From Candidatus Peribacteria bacterium (lineage in GTDB: Bacteria; Patescibacteriota; Gracilibacteria; Peribacterales; Peribacteraceae), in NCBI GenBank assembly GCA_041691135.1, contig JBEPVF010000003.1, forward strand, positions 80,327-144,326: DNA of 64,000 nucleotides. Direction: 5' to 3'. The translations under genes were made by a program, and so were the position numbers. Every line of letters starts with the position of its first letter. Position 1 is the stretch's first letter. Below are positions 53,501 through 62,040 of the stretch, one piece after another. The notes below the pieces were generated by a model. The model was not told the DNA's origin. It was given only the letters and a program-made list of their open reading frames with translations, and ran no database searches.

Positions 53501-54136
53501 ATGATTCTTTCTTCTCTTCATCCGCTCATTGCCTCGCGCAGCCTGCTGCAGCATCCGTTCTATCAGAAGTGGTCGCGCGGCGAACTGTCACTGGGTGACA
53601 TGCGTGTGTACGCCAAGGAGTATTTCCATCTGGTGTCGCGCATTCCGGGGATCGTCGCTGGGATTGCCGAGCGCATCGAAGACCGTGAGCTCAAGACCAA
53701 AGTGGAGCAAAATGCGGCGGAGGAGACAGAGCATGTGGAGCTGTGGAAGCGTTTCGCCAGCAGCGTAGGTGTGCAGGAGGAAGAGTTGATGGCGTACGTC
53801 CCGTCAGCGATGGTACAAAAAGCAGTCGCTAAACTTGAGCAGCAATCGCAGCTCGGTGCAGAGGAGGGGATCGTGACGATGTACGCACTCGAATGTGAAT
53901 TACCTAAGATCGCCGAAACGAAAAAGCAGGGGCTTGGCGAGTTCTACGGTCTCACGTCCGAAGACGCACAGATCTACTTTGACGAGCACTTGAAAGAAGA
54001 AGAACACCTCAAAGTGTGGCGTGCAATGGAGCTTGCGGGCGACGATCTGCAGGAATCGGCCAGCGTCTCGATGGAGGCCCAGAACGAAGTCCTCGATGCC
54101 GTTTGCCAGGTAGCCGGAATACCGTGCCATTGTTAG
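53501..54136 (+). CDS. CADD-like (PqqC/TenA fold) dimetal protein
   Basis: LLQHPFYQKWSRGEL...YAKEY, EE..HVELW.RFA..VG, YALE...PKIA.TK..GL..FYG, YFDEH...EEH. Confidence 0.82.
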   Translation: MILSSLHPLIASRSLLQHPFYQKWSRGELSLGDMRVYAKEYFHLVSRIPGIVAGIAERIEDRELKTKVEQNAAEETEHVELWKRFASSVGVQEEELMAYVPSAMVQKAVAKLEQQSQLGAEEGIVTMYALECELPKIAETKKQGLGEFYGLTSEDAQIYFDEHLKEEEHLKVWRAMELAGDDLQESASVSMEAQNEVLDAVCQVAGIPCHC

Positions 54137-54159
54137 TTCTTTTATTTCCATTTCTATGA

Positions 54160-54230
54160 AATTCCAAAAACCAGATACCAGAAATCCTATGCCAAACTTT
54201 GGTCTTTGGATTCTGACTTTTGGATTCTTG
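54160..54230. repeat. 7-bp-periodic inverted repeat
   Basis: attccaa-aaaccag-ataccag ... ttggtct-ttggatt-ctgactt-ttggatt. Confidence 0.7.
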
Positions 54231-54259
54231 TCTCGTTCTCTTTTTCTTTCCTCTTTACA

Positions 54260-55549
54260 ATGAGTACCGCTAAAACACCCTACGAGCGTTTCCAGAAAAA
54301 TCTGGAAGAGACGATGGAACGGCTGAAGCTGTCAGATGCCGAAAAGAAGATGCTGCGCGAGCCTCTGCACATTCACAAGAAAGAGATTTCGATCACTAAA
54401 GATGATGGATCCAAGGCGACGTTTCCGGCGTTTCGCGTCCAGTACAACAATGCCCGCGGTCCGTACAAAGGCGGTATCCGCTTCCATCCGATGGCTGACG
54501 AAGATGAGGTGAAGGCGTTGGCAGCTCTGATGGCCGTGAAGACGGCAGTGGTCGAGATTCCATTCGGTGGAGCCAAGGGTGGTGTGCAATGCAATCCGAA
54601 GGAATTGTCGAAGAAGGAACTGATGGAAGTGTCCCGCGCATACGTGCGCGCTTTCGTCGATGTGATCGGTGCCGATATCGACTGTCCTGCCCCGGATGTG
54701 AATACGACATCTGACATCATGGCCTGGATGCGCGATGAATACGAGAAGATCAAAAAAACGTACGAACCGGCGATGATCACCGGCAAGCCGCTGAGCTTCG
54801 GCGGATCACGCGGACGCGACAAAGCGACGGCCCGCGGCGGATTCTTTCTGTTGCAGGAGTTGATTGAAGGCGATGCGCTTGATGCAAATGACTTGCGTGT
54901 GGCAATCCAGGGCTTCGGTAACGCGGGTGCCACGATGGCCCAGTTTTTGCATGGTGCGGGCTACACAGTCGTCGCGGTGTCCGATTCGCAGGGCGGCATC
55001 TACTCAGCGCAGGGGCTCGACCCAGTCCGCATCGAGAAGTACAAGCAAAAGACTGGTCAGGTGGCAGGGGAATACTGCAAAGGTTCTGTCTGCGACATCG
55101 AGAAAATGAAGATGGACGGTGTGGAGCATGTGAGCAACGAGAAGCTGCTCGAACTGCCCTGCGATATCCTGATTCCGGCCGCGCTCGACAACGTGATTCA
55201 CGAGGGCAATGCCGACAAGATCCAGGCGAAATACATTCTGGAACTCGCCAACGGTCCCACTACTCCCGAGGCGGATGTGGTTCTGACGAAGAAGGGGATC
55301 AAGGTGATTCCCGATGTGCTCGCCAATGCCGGCGGTGTCACGGTCAGTTACTTCGAATGGACGCAGGGACGATCCGGCGAAATGTGGACCGATGAGCAAG
55401 TCGATCGCGATCTGAAGCGCATCATCCTGGCTGCAAGCCGAGCCGTTCGTCGCGAAGTCCATCAGCGCAAAATCTCGTACCGCGAGGCCGCGTTTGTCGT
55501 CGGTGTCGGACGGATTGTCGAGACGATGCGCGTGAGGGGATGGTTGTGA
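54260..55549 (+). CDS. gdhA: Glutamate dehydrogenase (Glu/Leu/Phe/Val family)
   Basis: RGPYKGGIRFHP, PFGGAKGG, PAPDVNT, ITGKP, IQGFGNAG, ELANGP, PDVLANAGGVTVSYFEW. Confidence 0.93.
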   Translation: MSTAKTPYERFQKNLEETMERLKLSDAEKKMLREPLHIHKKEISITKDDGSKATFPAFRVQYNNARGPYKGGIRFHPMADEDEVKALAALMAVKTAVVEIPFGGAKGGVQCNPKELSKKELMEVSRAYVRAFVDVIGADIDCPAPDVNTTSDIMAWMRDEYEKIKKTYEPAMITGKPLSFGGSRGRDKATARGGFFLLQELIEGDALDANDLRVAIQGFGNAGATMAQFLHGAGYTVVAVSDSQGGIYSAQGLDPVRIEKYKQKTGQVAGEYCKGSVCDIEKMKMDGVEHVSNEKLLELPCDILIPAALDNVIHEGNADKIQAKYILELANGPTTPEADVVLTKKGIKVIPDVLANAGGVTVSYFEWTQGRSGEMWTDEQVDRDLKRIILAASRAVRREVHQRKISYREAAFVVGVGRIVETMRVRGWL

Positions 55550-55558
55550 GGTTGAGCT

Positions 55559-55579
55559 TTCGACAAGCTCAGGCTGACA
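55559..55579. repeat. TTCGAC...GCTCA family REP-like unit
   Basis: ttcgacaagctcaggctgaca just after the gdhA stop; related to 9276-9299 and 57652-57675. Confidence 0.65.
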
Positions 55580-55817
55580 GTAACGCTGCCAGTATTGACT
55601 AATAGTATTTGAATGATAGATTACGCACTCAATGAATTTTCAGGCGCTCGTCGCCGGCTCGTATTATGCACCGACTCTCCGTGCGGAGAGGACGGTGTCG
55701 GTTGGGTTGTAATATAGTTTTGTAAACCGATCTCGTCTCCTCCGCGTGGAGGTTCTTTTCGTATTTTGCGAAAAGGTAAAAACGTGTGATCGGTCTTTCA
55801 CAACGTCGAGGTGTCGT

Positions 55818-56549
55818 ATGCAGTGGGCAATCGGACAGTGCGACAGATTCCTGCAAGCCGAGCTGGTTCAGAGGCTCCGTAGTAGGCAATGCGGTGCCAT
55901 CCGGATCGCAAGCTTCGTGCAGCCAGCAGACGTGGCTGCCATCGTGAGTGCAATCAATGCGGCGGGCATTGAGTATCATGTGGCCGACGACAAGGCCGGG
56001 TCAGTGGCCCGAAAGGGCAAGCTCGGGCCCAACTTCTTTCGCTACCGCGACCAACCCGAGGAGTACTTTCGTCAGGTGCCGCAATTCCGTTCCCTGTTCG
56101 ACCACCAGATTTTCGCGTCGGATCATCCGATTCACCGACTGATGGGTATGGTGGCCACTGCCACTGGATTGCCGGTGGAGGTTGCCCAAGAGAATGGTCA
56201 GGGTTTCATGCATTGTGTTGCCCGTGATCTACCAGCCGCACCACGCCATACCGATTGGCTGCCACGCGACTGCCCTGCTCTCGGCTTCGCGGCGCAGTTC
56301 AAGAGCCAGTACGCATGGAACTTGTACCTTGAGCTGCCATCCCACGGCGGCGAAACCGTCATCTACCATCGAGAGGAACAGCAGCCGATTGTAGAGAACA
56401 CGCTTCGCTGTACCGTTCGGTCGTCTGTTGCCGATCTCCTCATCTTCCAATCGACGAACGTCCACGAAGTACTGCCGGCGGGTGGCAAACGCCTGACCGT
56501 CAGCGGATTCTTCGGGATCACCGACACGAAAGTCATCTTCTTCGTCTAG
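55818..56549 (+). CDS. 2OG-Fe(II) oxygenase superfamily protein
   Basis: H-x-D (RHTD), NLYL...GGETVIY, DLLIF...NVHEV....G.RLTVSGF (distal His and Arg). Confidence 0.8.
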   Translation: MQWAIGQCDRFLQAELVQRLRSRQCGAIRIASFVQPADVAAIVSAINAAGIEYHVADDKAGSVARKGKLGPNFFRYRDQPEEYFRQVPQFRSLFDHQIFASDHPIHRLMGMVATATGLPVEVAQENGQGFMHCVARDLPAAPRHTDWLPRDCPALGFAAQFKSQYAWNLYLELPSHGGETVIYHREEQQPIVENTLRCTVRSSVADLLIFQSTNVHEVLPAGGKRLTVSGFFGITDTKVIFFV

Positions 56550-56565
56550 AGGTTGATCACACTCC

Positions 56566-56615
56566 GCCCCGATTTCTTCTCACCTTTTCAGGTGAGCGGA
56601 AGTCGGGGCTTTTTT
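56566..56615 (+). terminator. Intrinsic terminator
   Basis: gccccgatttc...ctcacc-tttt-caggtgag...gaagtcggggc-tttttt. Confidence 0.75.
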
Positions 56616-56660
56616 GGTACTCAGTTTTACTTTTCCCACTCATTTCCGTACCCTTCTCCC

Positions 56661-57611
56661 ATGTTCGACGTCATCATTATTGGCGTGGGTGCTGCCGGCT
56701 ACACAGCCGCCGTGTACACCGCTCGCTACAAGCTCAAAACACTGATCGTGGGTGCCGAAGATGGTGGAATGGGAGCGACGGCGGCGGAGGTGGGGAACTG
56801 GCCCGGCGACATCGATGTCCGCGGACCGGATTTGATGGAGCGGTTCAAAAATCATGCCAAGTCGTTTGAAGAAGTGACGTTCAAAATCGGCCGGGTCGAG
56901 AAGATCGAGAAGATCAAAGGTGGACACTTTGTGGTGCACATGCAGAGCGGGGAGACGTTTGAAGCCAAGGCGGTGATTTTGGCGACAGGATCGAACAAGC
57001 GTCATATGGGAGTCCCCGGCGAAAAGGAATTTTCGGGCAAAGGTGTGACGTACTGCGCCACGTGTGATGCGTTCTTTTATCGCGGCAAAGATGTAGCGGT
57101 GATCGGAGGAGGGGACAGCGCGGTGGAGGGTGCGGCCATTGCCGCGCAGGTGGCCAAGACGGTCTATCTGGTCCATCGTCGAGAAGAGTTCCGCGCCGAG
57201 CCGTACTGGGTCGACCGGGTGAAGAGTAAAGATAACGTAAAATTTGTTCTGTCCTGCAATTTGCTCGAAGTCTTAGGCGATCAGAAAGTGACTGGTATCA
57301 GACTGAGCACGCCGTACGAGGGAAAAGAGATTTTACCGGTTGATGGGGTGTTCATCGAGATCGGATCGATCCCTGCTGTGGATTTGGCCAAACAACTTGG
57401 TTGCACGATCGACGAGCGTGGCTTTTTGGCGGTTGATCCAGGTATGCATTCCACCGTTCCCGGTGTGTTCGGTGCCGGCGATGTCACCAGTGGTAGCAAT
57501 TACTTTGCCCAGTTCACCACGGCAGCCGGCGAAGCGGCGATCGCGGCCAATAGCGTCTTCAATTATTTGGAAGGGGAGCAGCACCATGGATGGATGGAGG
57601 GGAAAATGTAA
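56661..57611 (+). CDS. trxB: Thioredoxin-disulfide reductase
   Basis: IIG.GAAG.TAA.Y, ATG, GVTYCATCD, VIGGGDSA, HRR, GVFGAGD. Confidence 0.92.
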   Translation: MFDVIIIGVGAAGYTAAVYTARYKLKTLIVGAEDGGMGATAAEVGNWPGDIDVRGPDLMERFKNHAKSFEEVTFKIGRVEKIEKIKGGHFVVHMQSGETFEAKAVILATGSNKRHMGVPGEKEFSGKGVTYCATCDAFFYRGKDVAVIGGGDSAVEGAAIAAQVAKTVYLVHRREEFRAEPYWVDRVKSKDNVKFVLSCNLLEVLGDQKVTGIRLSTPYEGKEILPVDGVFIEIGSIPAVDLAKQLGCTIDERGFLAVDPGMHSTVPGVFGAGDVTSGSNYFAQFTTAAGEAAIAANSVFNYLEGEQHHGWMEGKM

Positions 57612-57651
57612 TTTAGGACTTAGGAATTAGGGATTGGGACATAGGGCATGA

Positions 57652-57675
57652 CATCCTGAGCGGAGTCGAAGGATG
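57652..57675. repeat. TTCGAC...GCTCA family REP-like unit
   Basis: catcc-TGAGCggaGTCGAA-ggatg, preceded by 7-bp repeats ttaggac-ttaggaa-ttaggga. Confidence 0.7.
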
Positions 57676-57699
57676 ACTGTTTCATGCTAAGCTGCTGCC

Positions 57700-58587
57700 A
57701 TGTGGTTCTTTTATGCATTAATTGCAACGGTCGCTTTCGCGCTGGTGAATGTGGTTGATTCGATGATCGTAGAGCACATGGAAGCGCATCCACTCCGCAA
57801 TCAATGGTGCCAATCGTTTGGCGGCGTACTGATGCTGTCGGCCGCCGCTCCATTTTTGTCACTCAATATCACGTGGATGACGCCGCTCCTCATCGCAGGT
57901 GCCGTAGGCGTGCTGGCCGATCTGCTGTTCCTCTACACAATCCATCACATCGATGTGTCGCTGGTGAATATTGCGTGGGCACTCCAGGCGTTGATCATTA
58001 CGGCGATGGCATTGGTTTTCTTTCATGAGCATTGGACATCCTACGAGAGCATCGGTGCGGTCATCATCCTGGGGACCATCGTTGTCTTATCCTTGTCTCA
58101 TGCGCAGTTTTCGTGGCGGGCAGTCGCATTGCTTGGTGGCATTGCATTGCTGAATGCGCAGTATTACTTGCTGCAGAAGTATGTCCTTCTTCAAGGCGCA
58201 GACATCGTATCCGCCGCCTACTGGGGGCTTGCCGGGCGAGAAGTCTGTTCTTTCCTGATCCCATGGCTTATTCCGAGCTTCCGCGGTCAGCTTGCCCCCT
58301 TACGCGACAAAAAATTACCCTTCTTTGTGATGATGGCTGCTGCGGCATCACTCTTTTTCTTTGCCATCACTATGGCGACATTCTCGTACCAAGCCGGTCC
58401 TGCCTCACTTGTTTCTGTTGTCAGCAATGTTCAGCCGTTTTTCGTCATAGGACTGGCATGGGTTTTCTCGATCCTGACGCCCCGTTTCGCTCCCAAAGAA
58501 GAACTGTCCCGCGCATCGGTGACGGCCAAGATCGTGGCGTTTATTTCGGTCTTTTTCGGACTTGCACTCCTTGCCTGGAATCAGTAA
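57700..58587 (+). CDS. EamA/DMT family transporter
   Basis: About 10 TM; GPASLVSVVSNVQPFFV. Confidence 0.82.
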   Translation: MWFFYALIATVAFALVNVVDSMIVEHMEAHPLRNQWCQSFGGVLMLSAAAPFLSLNITWMTPLLIAGAVGVLADLLFLYTIHHIDVSLVNIAWALQALIITAMALVFFHEHWTSYESIGAVIILGTIVVLSLSHAQFSWRAVALLGGIALLNAQYYLLQKYVLLQGADIVSAAYWGLAGREVCSFLIPWLIPSFRGQLAPLRDKKLPFFVMMAAAASLFFFAITMATFSYQAGPASLVSVVSNVQPFFVIGLAWVFSILTPRFAPKEELSRASVTAKIVAFISVFFGLALLAWNQ

Positions 58588-58599
58588 AGTATCCCGGCT

Positions 58600-58791
58600 A
58601 TGCCAAGAGGAAAGCGAAATGTGTATTATGGCACCTGTTCCACTGCCGATTGCAATCGCCGCAATCTGACGGTGCGTTTGCATAACCAGCGCGGCGACAA
58701 GAGCTGGCGCGACTTCAAAGTCGAAAAGTACTGCCCCCACTGCCGCAAGCGCACACCGGTCAAGCTCAAGCAGGAGAGACATTCGAAGTAA
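58600..58791 (+). CDS. rpmG: 50S ribosomal protein L33 (zinc-binding type, divergent)
   Basis: 63 aa, basic; C....C..RN, then KYCPHCRKRT. Confidence 0.8.
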   Translation: MPRGKRNVYYGTCSTADCNRRNLTVRLHNQRGDKSWRDFKVEKYCPHCRKRTPVKLKQERHSK

Positions 58792-58835
58792 AAAGGATTC
58801 TTCATCCGCCTTTTCGTTTGCTGTAGTGTTTCGTC

Positions 58836-59735
58836 ATGTCTGAACACAGCGAGAAAGTTGGCGAGCGGTTAGTCCTGTTTTCTGTGGCACTCGCCGGTTT
58901 TTATCCGTTGCTCGCGCATTACGGCAGTGCTCTTATCCCACCGGTACAATTCGCCGCCATCACGACATTTCTTTCTGGATTGGTACTCCTGGTCACGCTT
59001 TTGTTGAGAGGTGAATTTATTGTGCGATTGGGATGGAAGTTGTGGCTACAAGTGCTGATGGTGTGCGTCTTCGTTGCCAGCGTGCCTTATGGGCTCATTT
59101 TCTACGGTGCATCCAAGACGAGTGGTATTAATACGGCTCTTTTGCTCCAGTCCGAACTCCTATTCTCGTTCTTTTTCTACCATGTGGTGTATCGCGAATC
59201 GATAACGCGCAAGCAGTTTGGCGGTGCCCTTCTGATGTTAATCGGTGTCGTAGCCATTCTGTACCGGGGAAGAATCGTACTTCATGTGGGCGATCTCTTT
59301 ATCATTGGTGGGGCAGCACTCTTTCCTCTTGGGAATGTCTTTGCTAAATCTGCACTAAAGCAGATGCCGCCGATTCTGCTCATGTGTTACCGCGGACTTA
59401 TTGGTGGAGGCATCTTGTTTGGTCTCAGTGGATTTACAGAACTGGCGGGTCCGATTTCGCTCTCTTGGCAGGCCGCTTTCTATATTTTTCTGCAGGCCAT
59501 CATTATCAATTCAATTGCCAAAGTGATCTGGTACGACGGCCTGAGGCGGCTACCGGTGAGCAGGGCGATTTACATTGGATCGTTCTCGCCGGTGATCAGC
59601 GTGGCGTATGCAGTGATGTTCTTCCATGAATTGCCTACTCTTGGACAGAGCATTGGGCTTATTATCACTCTCGGCGGTCTTTATATGCTCATGGCCAAAC
59701 CATCTCTGTCACTCGCGCCGCCCGATCTTGTATAG
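58836..59735 (+). CDS. EamA/DMT family transporter
   Basis: Two EamA repeats; TSGINTALLLQSE, GDLFII, WYDGLRRL, FFHE.PT. Confidence 0.85.
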   Translation: MSEHSEKVGERLVLFSVALAGFYPLLAHYGSALIPPVQFAAITTFLSGLVLLVTLLLRGEFIVRLGWKLWLQVLMVCVFVASVPYGLIFYGASKTSGINTALLLQSELLFSFFFYHVVYRESITRKQFGGALLMLIGVVAILYRGRIVLHVGDLFIIGGAALFPLGNVFAKSALKQMPPILLMCYRGLIGGGILFGLSGFTELAGPISLSWQAAFYIFLQAIIINSIAKVIWYDGLRRLPVSRAIYIGSFSPVISVAYAVMFFHELPTLGQSIGLIITLGGLYMLMAKPSLSLAPPDLV

Positions 59736-59745
59736 TGAGCCGGAT

Positions 59746-60210
59746 ATGTCTGACGTGTACCGCTCAGCGGCTTCCATTCTGGTGTTGCGACCGGCAGCCG
59801 ATGGCGCGTCGCCTGAGTTGCTGTTGCTCCATAAGCCGCGCAAAAATGACGCGTGGCAGTTACCCCAGGGTGGCGTGGAGGCGGGGGAGAATGCCGAGCA
59901 GGCTGCACTGCGTGAGCTGTTCGAAGAAGCCGGCATCCGCGATTGCCGGGTGATCGGCAAAAGCGAGAAAGTGTACTGCTATGACTTTCCCGAATCATAC
60001 CGGCGTTTTCGGCCTGATAATGTGTGTGGTCAGCGTATCGAGTACGTGTTTGCCGCCGTGCCGCCTGATGTGCAGGTTCGAGTGGATGACAAAGAAGTGA
60101 ATGCCCATACATGGATTACGATTGAGGTGTTGGATCAGTATATTGAACGGAAGGAGTACAGGCAGTTAGTGAAGGAGTTGTACGAAGAAGCAGTGGGGCT
60201 TTTACAATAA
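59746..60210 (+). CDS. NUDIX hydrolase (RppH-like)
   Basis: WQLPQGGVEAGENAEQAALRELFEEAG Nudix box; YDFP, GQ. Confidence 0.9.
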   Translation: MSDVYRSAASILVLRPAADGASPELLLLHKPRKNDAWQLPQGGVEAGENAEQAALRELFEEAGIRDCRVIGKSEKVYCYDFPESYRRFRPDNVCGQRIEYVFAAVPPDVQVRVDDKEVNAHTWITIEVLDQYIERKEYRQLVKELYEEAVGLLQ

Positions 60211-60290
60211 GAAGAACCAATTTTGTGTTTCTGATTTCTCTGGTTCTTGGCTCTTGGTTCTTCGTGCTTCTCTTTCTATACTCACTTCCC

Positions 60291-61400
60291 GTGCGTATTC
60301 AGTCGCTGTCCCTCGAGCATTTCCGCAACTACGAGTCTTTAGCGCTCGATCTTTCGGGATCCCTTCTCCATCTCTTCATTGGGCCCAATGGGAGCGGAAA
60401 GACGAATATTCTGGAATCGCTCTCCATTCTGTCGCTCACCAAATCATCGCTGGGGATTGAAGAGGAGTTCGTTCAGCAATGGGACGCACCGTATTATCGG
60501 GTGAAGGGCAGGGCTGTGAGCGATGCGGGTGAAGAGACGACTGTAGAGGTTGTCTATCAGTCGCAGCCGCGGAAGCAAAAAGGATGTTTTCTGAATGATG
60601 TGCGCGTTCCCATTTCTCAGGTAGTGGGTGTGGTGCCAAGCGTTCTATTCCTTCCGCAGGACTTGCAACTCTTCTCGGGTCCGCCTGCCGAGCGGCGTCG
60701 GTTCATTGACCAGTTGCTTTCGCAGGTATCGGGGGAGTACCTGCGGGCACTGACGGAGTATCAGAAGTATTTGAAGCAGCGCAATGTGCTATTGAAACAC
60801 ATCGCCCAGGGAACCGGACACCGCGAGGATTTGCGTCCGTGGGATGAGCAGTTGGCCGAAACGGGAGCAGTCGTCACCGAATCGCGGTTGCAGCTGATGG
60901 AGACGTTCGGTCTCACCCTTACCGACGAAATTGCCCAGTTAGGCGAGCAGTGGGACGACGTACGCATCGTGTACGATCGCAGCTCGGAAGGCCGTGATGC
61001 GGCAGCCATCCGGGCGGATCTGCTGGCAGCTCTGCGTCAGTCCCAGGACCGTGACATTTTGCTTCAATCGACCGGCAACGGACCACATCGCGAGGATTGG
61101 GCGTTAGTCGTCAACGGCCATCGCCTCGCCACCTTTGCCTCGCGCGGTCAGCAACGCACGTGTGTGCTGGCTCTGCTCTTCCTCGAAGCATCATTTGTGG
61201 AACTTCGCCGCGGGGAACGGCCGATTATTCTGCTCGACGATGTCTTTTCCGAACTCGACGACCGGCATCAGGAGGGCGTGATGAAAGCGTTTGCCGAACA
61301 TCAGGTGTTCATTACGGGAACGCATTTGCCGAAGAATATGCCGGAGGCGCAGGTGTGGGGAGTGGAGCGGGGGAATGTAGAATTGAAAGTGGAGCATTAA
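60291..61400 (+). CDS. recF: DNA replication/repair protein RecF
   Basis: FRNY, GPNGSGKTNILE, P..RRRF.D, GPHRED, ASRGQQR, PIILLDDVFSELD; GTG start at 60291. Confidence 0.95.
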   Translation: MRIQSLSLEHFRNYESLALDLSGSLLHLFIGPNGSGKTNILESLSILSLTKSSLGIEEEFVQQWDAPYYRVKGRAVSDAGEETTVEVVYQSQPRKQKGCFLNDVRVPISQVVGVVPSVLFLPQDLQLFSGPPAERRRFIDQLLSQVSGEYLRALTEYQKYLKQRNVLLKHIAQGTGHREDLRPWDEQLAETGAVVTESRLQLMETFGLTLTDEIAQLGEQWDDVRIVYDRSSEGRDAAAIRADLLAALRQSQDRDILLQSTGNGPHREDWALVVNGHRLATFASRGQQRTCVLALLFLEASFVELRRGERPIILLDDVFSELDDRHQEGVMKAFAEHQVFITGTHLPKNMPEAQVWGVERGNVELKVEH

Positions 61401-61452
61401 AAATAGTGGAAGTGATTCTGGTACCAGAATGCTTCTAGATACTTCTCAATTT

Positions 61453-61956
61453 TTAATTCTCGCTCTTGGTTTGAAGCAGCTCTCTCTGAGCCTTTAAGGC
61501 TCCATACACTGCCAATGCCAAGGCATCTGCCGCATCATCTGGTTGTGGAATTTGGCTGAGCTTGAGGAGCCGAACGAGCATGTCCTGCACTTGTTTTTTA
61601 TCGGCGCGGCCATCGCCGGTAATGGCTGATTTCAGTTGGAGCGGCGTGGCTTCAATAATGGGGATATTCCGCTGTTGTAGAGCCAGAAGAATCACGCCCC
61701 GGGCTTGCGAGACGTCCATTGCGGTTGTCACATTGGCTGCAAAGTAGAGCTTTTCGACGACGGCCAAATCGGGCTGCATTTCCTGCAGCAGGGTTTGCAG
61801 ATCGGTATACAGCTCCTCCAGCCGTACGGGGACAGGGATGCGTGGGGCTGTTTGGAGGGTCAGCCATTCCACGGCCCGCAGGTCGTACGGAGAGGTCGAA
61901 TCCAGCAGGCCAATGCCTACCGTTGCCAGGCCGGGGTCTATACCCATAATCCGCAT
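61453..61956 (-). CDS. ruvC: Holliday junction resolvase RuvC
   Basis: IMGIDPGLA, AVVEKLYF, QARGVI, GDGRADKKQVQ.M, DDAADALA. Confidence 0.96.
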   Translation of the reverse strand: MRIMGIDPGLATVGIGLLDSTSPYDLRAVEWLTLQTAPRIPVPVRLEELYTDLQTLLQEMQPDLAVVEKLYFAANVTTAMDVSQARGVILLALQQRNIPIIEATPLQLKSAITGDGRADKKQVQDMLVRLLKLSQIPQPDDAADALALAVYGALKAQRELLQTKSEN

Positions 61957-62040
61957 ACCCTCAGCTTCGGGCCAGGCGACACTTTTGGCAACGTCTGCAC
62001 ATTGAAAAAAGTGCCAAATTCTGCTATCCTATAAGGAAAA

